The notes under the pieces: generated by a model
Databases searched by the model: none
What the model saw: the letters and a program-made list of their open reading frames with translations, nothing else
What the model was told of the DNA's origin: nothing
In this document: positions 47,876-57,004 of the stretch, piece by piece
Position numbering within the stretch: position 1 is the first letter of the stretch
Layout of the letters: the number at the start of each line of letters is the position of its first letter
Source of the DNA: Coriobacteriaceae bacterium
GTDB lineage: Bacteria; Bacillota; Clostridia; Oscillospirales; Ruminococcaceae
DNA: 64,000 bases
Reading direction: 5' to 3'
Assembly: GCA_963588145.1 (NCBI GenBank)
Contig: CAVAGJ010000005.1
Coordinates: forward strand, 8,726-72,725
Made by a program: the position numbers and the translations under genes

Positions 47876-49045
47876 ATGAAGATCACGGCGGTATGTGGTT
47901 TGCCACTGCGTTGCGAGTGTGAACCCATCAGTGACGCGCTTTCCACCAGCCGGGCGCGGCAGGCGTTGCTGGTGCTGCTGGATACCGACACTGGTCTGCA
48001 GGGCATTGGCGAGGCGTTTACCTACGGGGCACCGCTGGCCGTTATGCAATACCTGGTGGAGAACACCCTGGGTCCGAAACTGATCGGCCGTGACCCCGCC
48101 GATATCGACAGCATCTGGCAGACCTTATATATCAGCACCCTGGCCAGCGGTCGGCGCAGCATGACGCTGGGTGCCATCAGCGGCATTGACATCGCCCTGT
48201 GGGACTTAAAAGGCAAGTGCGAGCACAAGCCCATCGCTGCGCTGTTGGGCAGCATGCGAGATCGCATCCCCAGCTATGCCAGCGGCGGCTTTTACGCCCA
48301 CGGCAAGGGGCTGGACGGCCTGCGGCGCGAGCTGGAAGGCTACATGCGCAAAGGCTACACCGATGCCAAAATCAAGATCGGCCGCAACCTGGACCGCGCC
48401 CACGCGCCGTTAAAAGTGCTGGGCATCACCGAGGATACCGTTACGGTGGAGGAGGACTGGCAGCGCATCCGCGCGGCGAAAGAGATCGTGGGCGAGGGCA
48501 ACCTGGCCGTGGACACCAACGCCAGCTGGGACCGCGCCACTGCCCTGGAAAACGCGCCCCGCCTGGTGGAAGCCGGGGTCGGCTGGCTGGAGGAGCCTAT
48601 CCCCTTTGAGGACATGCAGGGCTTGACGCTGCTTTGCCGCAGCAACCCCGGCCTGAAAATTGTAGGCTGCGAGACCCAGCAGGGCGCAGGCAACTTTACC
48701 ACGATGCTGGACGTAGGTGCGCTGGACGTGGTGCAGCCTGACGTAGGCTGGGCTGGCGGCATCAGCGAGTGTGTGCGCATTGGCGCAGCCGCCCAGGCCC
48801 ATTGCCGCCCCATCAGCCTGCATTGTTTTGGTTCGGCGGTGCTGTTTGCCGCCAGCCTGCAGGTGGCCGCCGCCCTGCCGGGCCTGCTGCCGATGGAATC
48901 GGAAGAAAATCCCAACCCGCTGAAATCCGCCCTGACCAAAGCCCCCTTTACCGCCGATGAAAAGATGGCCTGGTACGTCCCCCAGGGGGACGGCCTGGGC
49001 ATTGACCTGGACTGGGATGCGGTGGAAAAATTCATTGTAAAATAA
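47876..49045 (+). CDS. Mandelate racemase-subgroup enolase-superfamily enzyme, probable acid-sugar dehydratase
   Basis: SGIDIALWDLKGK, KIK, DTN, WLEEP, GCE, QPD, His in SLHC; GGAGG RBS before ATG 47876. Confidence 0.87.
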   Translation: MKITAVCGLPLRCECEPISDALSTSRARQALLVLLDTDTGLQGIGEAFTYGAPLAVMQYLVENTLGPKLIGRDPADIDSIWQTLYISTLASGRRSMTLGAISGIDIALWDLKGKCEHKPIAALLGSMRDRIPSYASGGFYAHGKGLDGLRRELEGYMRKGYTDAKIKIGRNLDRAHAPLKVLGITEDTVTVEEDWQRIRAAKEIVGEGNLAVDTNASWDRATALENAPRLVEAGVGWLEEPIPFEDMQGLTLLCRSNPGLKIVGCETQQGAGNFTTMLDVGALDVVQPDVGWAGGISECVRIGAAAQAHCRPISLHCFGSAVLFAASLQVAAALPGLLPMESEENPNPLKSALTKAPFTADEKMAWYVPQGDGLGIDLDWDAVEKFIVK

Positions 49046-49103
49046 CGCATTTCTCCATAAAAATCCCCGCCGATAACCTACAACAGCTTACCGGCGGGGA
49101 TTT

Positions 49104-51026
49104 TCATTTTCCAAACGTGATATCCAACTTTTTCATCTGCCGCCACAGGGTGGTTTTGCTGATGCCCAGCGCATCGGCGGCTTTTTGGCGGTCACCGCCG
49201 GCGGCCTGCAAGGCCTGGCGGATGCGGGCGGCGCTGGGATCCATGCCGGGCTGCGCCAATACGGCCGTTTCCGGCAGGGCCGGGGCGGCGGGGGTCAGTT
49301 CCCGCAGCTGGCCGCGCAAAAACACCTCATCCACGCTGCGGCGGGGTGCCAGCAGCACCGTACGCTCACACACGCTGCGCAGCTGATCCAGGTTGCCGGG
49401 CCAATCATATTTTTGCAAAAACTCCCGCGCACCGTTGGTCAGGCTGACGTACCGCTTGTACTGGTCCTGGGCTTCGGCCAGGTAACGGTCCGCCCAGGAC
49501 AGGATATCCGCCCGCCGTGCCCGCAGCGGCGGCAGGGCCAGCGAAAGCACATTCAGCGCATAATACAAGTCACTGCGGAACAGCCCCTCCCGCAGCAGGG
49601 CGGGCAGGTCGGCATTGCTGGAGGCCACCACCCGCACGGCAGCCTGTGCGGGCTGGCTGGCCCCGTTGCGCCAGATCTTGCCGCCGATCAGCCGCAAAAT
49701 TTTAAATTGCAATTCCGGCGAAAGTGCCTCGATATGCGCCAGATACAGTGTACCGTTCTGCGCGGCCTCGGCCAGGCAGGCGGGGGCATCGGCCCGGGTG
49801 GAGTAGCTGCCGAACAGCAGCGTGTCCAGCGAATCCGGCTGATAGGCGCTGCAATCCAGTTCCACAAAGGCGTTGGCGCGGTTGGGGCTTTCGTTGTGCA
49901 GGCACTGGGCCAGCATCCGCTTGCCGGTGCCGATCTCACCGGTCAGCAGCACCGGCACAGGATACTGGGCGATCTGCCGCGCTTTTTCAAAAATATCTTT
50001 CATAGCGGCATCCTGCACGGGCAGGCGGTCGAACCGCGCGCGGGCCACAAAACCACGGCGGTAGAGTTCCCTCCGCAGCTCACCGCTGATCTCGGTGATA
50101 CGCCGTCCTTCCTGGAAAGTCAAGATCGCACCGCGGATCTGGTTTTCCAGTCGGATGGGCGCAATGTTGACGACCACGGTGTGCCCCTCGATGGGCAGCA
50201 AAATCGCGTAGGCTTCCTCGCCACGGCGCAGGGCTTTGTCCAGCAGTTCGGTGCGCAATTGGGGCAGTGCTTCCTGCACCGGGCGGCCGATGAGTTCCTC
50301 GGGGTGCTTATCCAAAATATTGTACAGCACACGGTTGCCCCGGCGGATGATGCCATCCGCATCGATCTGCAAAATGCCGCTGAACGTAAAGTCCAGCATC
50401 GTGTTCATCTCGGCCCGGGCGCGCTTTTCCAGGTCGATGGCATAGGCCACACGGTCGGCGATGGCAAAGGCATTCTGCAAGCTTTCCCGCCCGGATGCCA
50501 AAAAGTAGTGGGGCAGCCCCAGCGTTTCGGCCCGGGCGCAGACCACATCGCCGCCGATGACCGCCTGGCAGCCCTCCTGCAAAGCGCAATCCACCAGCGC
50601 GGCCAGGCCGACGGAGGTGTCCGTCTCCTGAGTGCCCGGCACAGTGTAGCGGCACAGCTCCACGCCGAATAGCTCATCAAATCGGGATGTATCCCCCAGC
50701 ATATTTTCAAAGGCGATCAGCCCAATTTTCGGGTCGGTGAGGCCCAGTTCCCGCTTGCAGCGGGCCACCAGCACGCCAACTTCCTGTGCGGTGGCTGTAA
50801 TTGGGATGACCGGCAGTGGTACGGCGCGCTGGATGAGCACCGCCTGCAGGCCACGGGCCAGGAGTAACTCACAGCCATCATTTTGTAATCTTATTGCTCG
50901 TTGACAAGCCGCATCTGTGTGGGTATACTCAATACATAAGGGTGATAGATTCGGATAGTATGCAATCAGGTCCGCTGCCATTTGCTGCATTTCGCGGCGG
51001 GGCAGCAGCACTGCAACCTTTGCCAT
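49104..51026 (-). CDS. PrpR-like regulator (PrpR_N, PAS, degenerate AAA+, Fis HTH)
   Basis: LLARG and VIGG PrpR_N motifs, PAS, GEIGTGK, FRSDLYYAL, WPGN, LGISKTTLWR. No GAFTGA. Confidence 0.88.
   Translation of the reverse strand: MAKVAVLLPRREMQQMAADLIAYYPNLSPLCIEYTHTDAACQRAIRLQNDGCELLLARGLQAVLIQRAVPLPVIPITATAQEVGVLVARCKRELGLTDPKIGLIAFENMLGDTSRFDELFGVELCRYTVPGTQETDTSVGLAALVDCALQEGCQAVIGGDVVCARAETLGLPHYFLASGRESLQNAFAIADRVAYAIDLEKRARAEMNTMLDFTFSGILQIDADGIIRRGNRVLYNILDKHPEELIGRPVQEALPQLRTELLDKALRRGEEAYAILLPIEGHTVVVNIAPIRLENQIRGAILTFQEGRRITEISGELRRELYRRGFVARARFDRLPVQDAAMKDIFEKARQIAQYPVPVLLTGEIGTGKRMLAQCLHNESPNRANAFVELDCSAYQPDSLDTLLFGSYSTRADAPACLAEAAQNGTLYLAHIEALSPELQFKILRLIGGKIWRNGASQPAQAAVRVVASSNADLPALLREGLFRSDLYYALNVLSLALPPLRARRADILSWADRYLAEAQDQYKRYVSLTNGAREFLQKYDWPGNLDQLRSVCERTVLLAPRRSVDEVFLRGQLRELTPAAPALPETAVLAQPGMDPSAARIRQALQAAGGDRQKAADALGISKTTLWRQMKKLDITFGK
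50901..50929 (+). promoter_or_regulatory. Near-consensus sigma-A promoter inside the regulator CDS, pointing toward the gltD-like gene
   Basis: TTGACA-17 bp-TATACT in a locally AT-rich patch. Confidence 0.7.
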
Positions 51027-51126
51027 AACAGGGCACCCCCTAACAATCTATTTACCAAACCTATAGCACAGCCCGCGCTGGAATGTCAATTTTTATGCGC
51101 GAGAAAAAGAAAAGGAGTCAGAAGAA

Positions 51127-52386
51127 ATGGCGATTCATGTTGTAAACGAAGCCCGCCGCTGCCTGCACTGCAAAAAACCGATGTGCCGCGAGGGCTGCCC
51201 CATCAGCACCAACATCCCGGAAGCGATCGAACTGTTCCGCACCGGCCACAAGGAAGAAGCCGGTGAAATGCTGTACGAGAATAACCCGCTGAGCATCATC
51301 TGCTCTCTGGTATGCGACCACGAAAAGCAGTGTGAGGGTCACTGTGTACTGGGCCGCAAGGGTGCCCCCGTGCATTTTTCCAGCATCGAGAACTATATCT
51401 CTGATGCCTACCTCGACCATCTGGAACCGGAGATGGACGAAAAGAAGCACCAACGCGTGGCAATCATCGGCAGCGGCCCGGCAGGCGTTACCATCAGTGT
51501 GCTGCTGGCCCGCCGCGGCTATGACGTGACGATCTTTGAAAGCCGCGAGAAGATCGGCGGTGTGCTGCGCTACGGCATCCCGGAGTTCCGCCTGCCCAAA
51601 AGCATTTTGGACCGCTACCAGAAACAGCTCATCAAGCTGGGCATCAAAATCCGCCCCAATACGGCCATTGGCCGTACCCTGACGGTGGACGACCTGCAGC
51701 GTGACGGCTACGAGGCGATCTTCATCGGCACCGGCGTGTGGAAGCCCAAAGCTATGGGCATCCCCGGCGAGAGCCTAGGCCATGTCAACTACGCCATTGA
51801 CTATCTGGTGGATCCAGATGTGTATGATCTGGGTGACAATCTGGTGGTCATCGGCGCTGGCAACTCGGCTATGGACGTAGCCCGTACCGCCCTACGCAAG
51901 GGTGTGCGCCATGTCAGTGTGTTCTGCCGCCGTTACCAGACCGCCGCCAGCGTGCGCGAGGTGGACTATGCCAAGGCCGACGGCGTAGAGTTCTACTACG
52001 GCATGCGCCCCAGCCGCATTACTGATGATGGCGTTTACTACAAGAAAGTGGAGATGGACGAGGAAGGCAACATTACCTCCACCAGCGAGGAGCAGTTCTT
52101 CCCCTGCTCCAGCGTTATCATTGCCATCAGCCAAGGTGCGCAGAACCGCATCGTCAGCACCACTACCGGCCTGGAGATGAGCAGCCACGGTCTGCTTGCC
52201 ACCGATGAGCACGGCCGCACCACCCGCGATGGCATTTTCGCCAGCGGCGATGTGGTGCTGGGTGCCCGCACCGTTGTCGAGGCTGTGAAGTACTCCAAGC
52301 AGGTTGCCGAAGAAATGGACGAATACCTGACGAAACGCCGCGAGGAACGCGAGAGCGCCCCCGCCGAAGCCAATGAGAATCCGTAA
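51127..52386 (+). CDS. GltD/SudA-like NAD(P)-dependent Fe-S flavo-oxidoreductase
   Basis: RCLHC..PMCREGCP, CSLVC...QCEGHC, GSGPAG, YGIPEFRLP, GAGNSAMD, ASGDVV. Confidence 0.88.
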   Translation: MAIHVVNEARRCLHCKKPMCREGCPISTNIPEAIELFRTGHKEEAGEMLYENNPLSIICSLVCDHEKQCEGHCVLGRKGAPVHFSSIENYISDAYLDHLEPEMDEKKHQRVAIIGSGPAGVTISVLLARRGYDVTIFESREKIGGVLRYGIPEFRLPKSILDRYQKQLIKLGIKIRPNTAIGRTLTVDDLQRDGYEAIFIGTGVWKPKAMGIPGESLGHVNYAIDYLVDPDVYDLGDNLVVIGAGNSAMDVARTALRKGVRHVSVFCRRYQTAASVREVDYAKADGVEFYYGMRPSRITDDGVYYKKVEMDEEGNITSTSEEQFFPCSSVIIAISQGAQNRIVSTTTGLEMSSHGLLATDEHGRTTRDGIFASGDVVLGARTVVEAVKYSKQVAEEMDEYLTKRREERESAPAEANENP

Positions 52387-52401
52387 TTTATAACCTATTA
52401 C

Positions 52402-52439
52402 AAAAGGGCGGTGCCACTTTCCGGCACCGCCCTCTTTTT
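52402..52439. terminator. Bidirectional terminator
   Basis: AAAAGGGCGGTGCC...GGCACCGCCCTCTTTTT. Confidence 0.8.
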
Positions 52440-52446
52440 ATGGAAA

Positions 52447-52491
52447 ATATTGAAAGTTTCTTTGCTTCCTTTCTTTTCCAAAGAAAGGAAG
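52447..52491. repeat. AT-rich dispersed repeat (family 2)
   Basis: ATATTGAAAGTTTCTTTGCTTCCTTTCTTTTCCAAAGAAAGGAAG, abutting the stop of the minus-strand gene. Confidence 0.7.
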
Positions 52492-53286
52492 TTAAAACAA
52501 CACCACAGGCCCGGCGAGGTTTTGCAGGAGGGAGACGATGCTCCAACCGGCGATCTCGGCGGTGCGGCTGTAGACATCGGAGGTCACTTTCAGGCCGTCA
52601 GTCTCCATCGTGATGCAGTGGTCATCCCCGGCAAAGCCCTCCACGCTCGTAATCTTCGCGCCCATCTTGTCGGGGCCAATGCCCGCCAGCGCGGCGGCCA
52701 CCGCTACGTTTACTTTCGTGGGCAGCACTTCAATCGCCTCGGCGGCGGTACCTGCCAGCACGGTTTTTTCCGGCGTGGTCATCAATTCTTCGGTGAACAG
52801 CGGCGTGTTTTTCAGGGATGCCGGGCCTTTGTGGGTGTGGATCTCGGCGGTGATGGGCTGGTTTTTGGCTTTCGCCATCAGGGCCACCGTGTGCAGCACG
52901 TCAAAGCCGCCCACTGCGCCATGGGGCAGGTAGATGCGCCCGCCGTGAGCCTTGGCCGTAGCGCAGGCCTGGGCGTAAAAATCGGCATCCGCAAAAGCGC
53001 CGATGCTGATGGGGATAAAGCCCAGCCCGGCTTTCAGCACCGGCAGGCAGCTTTCTTTGGCTACCTGCACGGCGGCGGTCTCCACCACGTAGTCCGGCTT
53101 CTGGGCCAGCACTTCGGCCAGGGTGGCGCAAGCCACGCCGCCCGCTTTGGCGCACAGGGCCTCGGCATCCGGCTGCTTGCGGCTCATTGCCGCGCAGAGG
53201 ATATAATCCGGCAGCAGGCCGCTGGCAATGGCATCGGCCACGATGCTGCCCAGCTGGCCGCAGCCCAAAATTGCGATTTTTTTCAT
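52492..53286 (-). CDS. L-aspartate dehydrogenase (NadX/DUF108) family protein
   Basis: ILGCGQLG, VVETA, SIGAF, GAVGGFD, PTKVNVAVA. Confidence 0.8.
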   Translation of the reverse strand: MKKIAILGCGQLGSIVADAIASGLLPDYILCAAMSRKQPDAEALCAKAGGVACATLAEVLAQKPDYVVETAAVQVAKESCLPVLKAGLGFIPISIGAFADADFYAQACATAKAHGGRIYLPHGAVGGFDVLHTVALMAKAKNQPITAEIHTHKGPASLKNTPLFTEELMTTPEKTVLAGTAAEAIEVLPTKVNVAVAAALAGIGPDKMGAKITSVEGFAGDDHCITMETDGLKVTSDVYSRTAEIAGWSIVSLLQNLAGPVVLF

Positions 53287-53397
53287 AGGGCACACTCCTT
53301 CTTGCTTGCTGCCCTCATTGTAACACAGGGCTCACAAAAAGAAAACCGGGACGCGGCAAAACATCCCGGTTTATTTTTGCTGCAGTGGTTACAGCGG

Positions 53398-54522
53398 TTA
53401 CAGAATTTGGCCGTGGCGCACCACGGTCTGGATGTTCAACTGGTCATCCACCAGCACCACGTTGCCCCAGCGGCCTGCTTCCAGGCTGCCGTAATCAGCA
53501 TCCACACCGATGCTGCGGGCGGGGTTGAGGGTGGCGGCGCGGACGGCACTTTCCAGCGGCACACCCATCTCCTGCACCGCACGTTTCATGCAGTCAAACA
53601 GGCTGGTAGCGCTGCCAGCGATGGTGCCCTCCTGCTCGGTCAGGGTGGCGCGGCGGCCGCGCACCGTGACGGCCTGGCCGCCCAGGCTGTACTGCCCATC
53701 GGGCAGACCGCAGGCCATCATGCTGTCGGCGATCAGAATCACATGGTCATCGCCAAAGGCATTAAACGTAAAGCGCACCATGGCGGGGTGGATATGCACG
53801 TTGTCGGTAATCAGTTCGACCTCGGCGCCATCCTCCAGCGCGGCGATGATGGGGCCGGGGGCGCGGTGGGTGATGCCCGGCATGGCGTTGTACAGGTGGG
53901 TCATGTGGGTGGCACCGGCGGCAAAGGCCTCTTTGGCGGTGTCGTAGTCGGTGCAGGTGTGTGCGATGGAAATGCGCACCTCATCGTGACATTCCTTGAT
54001 GAAGTCCATGTTGCCCGGCTCCTCGGGGGCTACATCCACCAGCTTGATCAGCCCACCGCTACGGACCTGCAGGCGGCGGAACATAGCGGCATTGGCGGCC
54101 ATCACGTACTTGGGGTTCTGCGCACCCACCTTTTTGGGGCTGATGTAGGGGCCTTCCATATTGATGCCGACCAAATCTGCGCCATGCTCATTCTTGTGGG
54201 CTGCGGCCACGTCCATGATGCTGTTCAGGATTTCCTCGCTGAAAGTCATCGTGGCGGGGCAGATAGCCAGCACACCTTTGCTGGCCTCGAAATCGGCAAT
54301 GGCCTGCAGACCGGCTTCATCGGCATCGCAGAAGTCATGGCCGACAGCACCGTGGAAGTGGATATCCACCAGGCCTGGCAGAGCGTAATTGCCCTTGGCA
54401 TCCAGCACTTCCTCGTTTTCCTGCGGGGCGGCACCAAACACGATGCGGCCATCGCGGATCACGAGGTCTTTTTCCACAAAACGGCATCCATCCGTAAAAA
54501 CTTTGGCATTTTTGATAATCAT
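53398..54522 (-). CDS. nagA: N-acetylglucosamine-6-phosphate deacetylase
   Basis: PGLVDIHFHG, EGPYI, APE, THLYNAM, DNVHIH, IAGS, NPAR. Confidence 0.95.
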   Translation of the reverse strand: MIIKNAKVFTDGCRFVEKDLVIRDGRIVFGAAPQENEEVLDAKGNYALPGLVDIHFHGAVGHDFCDADEAGLQAIADFEASKGVLAICPATMTFSEEILNSIMDVAAAHKNEHGADLVGINMEGPYISPKKVGAQNPKYVMAANAAMFRRLQVRSGGLIKLVDVAPEEPGNMDFIKECHDEVRISIAHTCTDYDTAKEAFAAGATHMTHLYNAMPGITHRAPGPIIAALEDGAEVELITDNVHIHPAMVRFTFNAFGDDHVILIADSMMACGLPDGQYSLGGQAVTVRGRRATLTEQEGTIAGSATSLFDCMKRAVQEMGVPLESAVRAATLNPARSIGVDADYGSLEAGRWGNVVLVDDQLNIQTVVRHGQIL

Positions 54523-54541
54523 AGCGGAAAACCTCCTGCCA

Positions 54542-55270
54542 TCAGATCAGGCTGAATGCTTCCTCATCGCCGACCAGGATGAAATCGGGGTGCATCTGCA
54601 GGATGCTAGCGGGCACTTCGGGGGTGACGGGGCCGAAGAAAGCCTTCTTCACGATCTCAGCCTTTCCCTTGCCGTTGACAACCATCAGGACTTTGCGGGC
54701 CTGCATGATGGTCTTGATGCCCATAGTGTAGGCCTGTTTGGGGACCAGAGCCTCGTCGCCATCAAAGAAGCGCTTGTTAGCCTCGATGGTCTCGGGCTTC
54801 AGGTCGACACAGTGGGTGCCCAGTTCGAAAGCCTCACCTGGCTCGTTGAAGCCGATGTGGCCGTCATGACCGATGCCCAGCAGCTGCAGATCCACGCCGC
54901 CCACGCTCTTGATCACAGCGTCATAGCGGGCGCACTCTCCTTCGGCATCCATGTTGGTGCCATCAGGCAGGTTGATGGCCTCGGGGCGGATGTTGACTAG
55001 GTCGAACAGGTTGCGGTGCATGAAGCTCCAGTAGCTTTCGGGATGCTCTTTGGGCAGGCCGCGATACTCATCCAGGTTGACGCTGGTGACCTCGGAGAAG
55101 TCCAGGTCGCCCTTGTTGTACCACTCGACCAGCTGTTTATAGGTACCCACAGGGGTGCCGCCGGTGGCCAGGCCCAGCACACAGTTGGGTTTCATGATGA
55201 CTTGGGCCGAGATGATGTTGGCAGCCTTGCGGGACATGTCATAGTAGTCTTTTGCGCGGATGATTTTCAT
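54542..55270 (-). CDS. nagB: Glucosamine-6-phosphate deaminase
   Basis: LGLATGGTP, NLDEY, LLGIGHDGHIGFNEP, TMGI, PASILQ. Confidence 0.96.
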   Translation of the reverse strand: MKIIRAKDYYDMSRKAANIISAQVIMKPNCVLGLATGGTPVGTYKQLVEWYNKGDLDFSEVTSVNLDEYRGLPKEHPESYWSFMHRNLFDLVNIRPEAINLPDGTNMDAEGECARYDAVIKSVGGVDLQLLGIGHDGHIGFNEPGEAFELGTHCVDLKPETIEANKRFFDGDEALVPKQAYTMGIKTIMQARKVLMVVNGKGKAEIVKKAFFGPVTPEVPASILQMHPDFILVGDEEAFSLI

Positions 55271-55534
55271 AAGAATTTCCTCCTAATTATTGGGGCGGGC
55301 AGGTGAGTACCGCCGTTTCTCCTTATTTTATATTATACCACAATACCGTTTTAGAAAAAGCACACAAATGTGAATTTTGTATCATAATCCAGGCAATTTC
55401 GTGCAAGCATCCGGCAGCATTTCACAAAAAACGCCAGGGGCAGGCGCACGGCCCGCCCCTGGCGGAAGTTATGCGGTTTAGGTAAAGTGAACCAGAACCT
55501 TTACCAAGGGGCGCTATAAGCAATAACGCAAAGC

Positions 55535-57004
55535 TTACAGCATTTTCTTCAACTCGTCATACACAAACTGGACCTTGGGGCCGATAACGACCTGGCAGGC
55601 AGTCTTGCTGGGACGGATGACACCAGCGGCACCAGCCTTCTTAACAGCCTTCTCATCAACGGCGGTGTGATCCTTGATCTCGAAGCGCAGGCGGGTAGCG
55701 CAGTAGTCAACGTTGGCAACGTTGCCCTTGCCGCCGACAGCAGCCAGAACGCCTTTGGCGATGGCGGTGTAGTCGTTATTGGCCAGGGTGATCGTAGCCT
55801 CAGCAGCTTCAGCGTCCTCGTCCTCACGGCCGGGGGTCTTCAGGTCGAACTTAGTGATAGCGAAACGGAACACCAGGTAGAAGACCACGAAAGCAGCGAT
55901 ACCCAGAGGAATGATCATCCAAGTCTTAGCGGCAGCAGGCAGGCTGGCGGAGAAGACCAGGTCAGTAGCACCGGCGGAGAAGCAGAAGCCTGCGCGGAAG
56001 CCGGAGTAGTAGGTGATGATGGTGAAGATGCCGTACAGAGCAGCATAAACAACATACAGGGGGAAGCAGAGGAACATGAAGCCGAACTCGAAGGGCTCGG
56101 TAACGCCGCAGACGAATGCGCAGATAGCAGCGGAAACGACCAGGCCGATAGCAGCCTTCTTGTTCTTAGCGGTCTGAACCATAGCCAGAGCAGCACCGGC
56201 AATACCGAACATCATGCAGGGGAAGAAGCCGGACATGTACATGCCCAGATCCCAGCTGACATCAGCGGAGGTGTCGCCAGCCCAGAAGTGGCTCAGGTCG
56301 CCCAGGCCGATGGTATCAAACCAGAACACGTTGTTCAGGGCGTGATGTAGGCCGGTGGGAATCAGCAGACGGTTCAGGAAAGCGTAGATACCTGCGCCGA
56401 TGCCGCCCATGCCAGCGATGCCGTTGCCCAGGGCAACCAGAACGCCGAAGATGATGGGCCAGACGAACAGCAGGATAACGGAAACAACGATGGAAACAAC
56501 AGCGGTCACGATAGCAACGCTGCGCTTGCCGCTGAAGAATGCCAGCCAGTCAGGCAGTTGGGTGTTCTTGAACTTGTTGTAGCAGGCAGCACCGATGATG
56601 GCGGCCAGAATACCGATGAAAGAGTTGCCGGCGATCTTGCTGAAAGCAATGTAATCAACGGTGCCTTCTTCCAAGGTACGGACAGCACCGACAACGCCGG
56701 GGCTGAGCAGCTGCTGCATCATCAGGAAGCTGACCAGGCCAGCCAGACCGGCCGTGCCATCGTGGTCGTCAGACAGACCCACAGCAGCGCCGATGGCGAA
56801 CAGCCAAGCCATGTTATCGATCAGGGCACCACCGGCCTTGATCAGCAGGAAACCAACGGTGTACGCAGCACCGGAGGTAGCACCCTCAGCGCCCATGACG
56901 GCGGGAGCGAGTGCGTAACCAATGCCCATCAGGATACCGCAGACGGGCAGCGCAGCTACGGGAAGCATTAACGCTTTGCCGAGCTTTTGCAGATACTTCA
57001 TCAT
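55535..57004 (-). CDS. nagE: PTS N-acetylglucosamine EIICB
   Basis: LQKLGKALMLPVA, FFSGKR, GLHHALN, GVTEPFEF, KTPGRED linker, CATRLR phospho-Cys; upstream of nagBA. Confidence 0.92.
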   Translation of the reverse strand: MMKYLQKLGKALMLPVAALPVCGILMGIGYALAPAVMGAEGATSGAAYTVGFLLIKAGGALIDNMAWLFAIGAAVGLSDDHDGTAGLAGLVSFLMMQQLLSPGVVGAVRTLEEGTVDYIAFSKIAGNSFIGILAAIIGAACYNKFKNTQLPDWLAFFSGKRSVAIVTAVVSIVVSVILLFVWPIIFGVLVALGNGIAGMGGIGAGIYAFLNRLLIPTGLHHALNNVFWFDTIGLGDLSHFWAGDTSADVSWDLGMYMSGFFPCMMFGIAGAALAMVQTAKNKKAAIGLVVSAAICAFVCGVTEPFEFGFMFLCFPLYVVYAALYGIFTIITYYSGFRAGFCFSAGATDLVFSASLPAAAKTWMIIPLGIAAFVVFYLVFRFAITKFDLKTPGREDEDAEAAEATITLANNDYTAIAKGVLAAVGGKGNVANVDYCATRLRFEIKDHTAVDEKAVKKAGAAGVIRPSKTACQVVIGPKVQFVYDELKKML

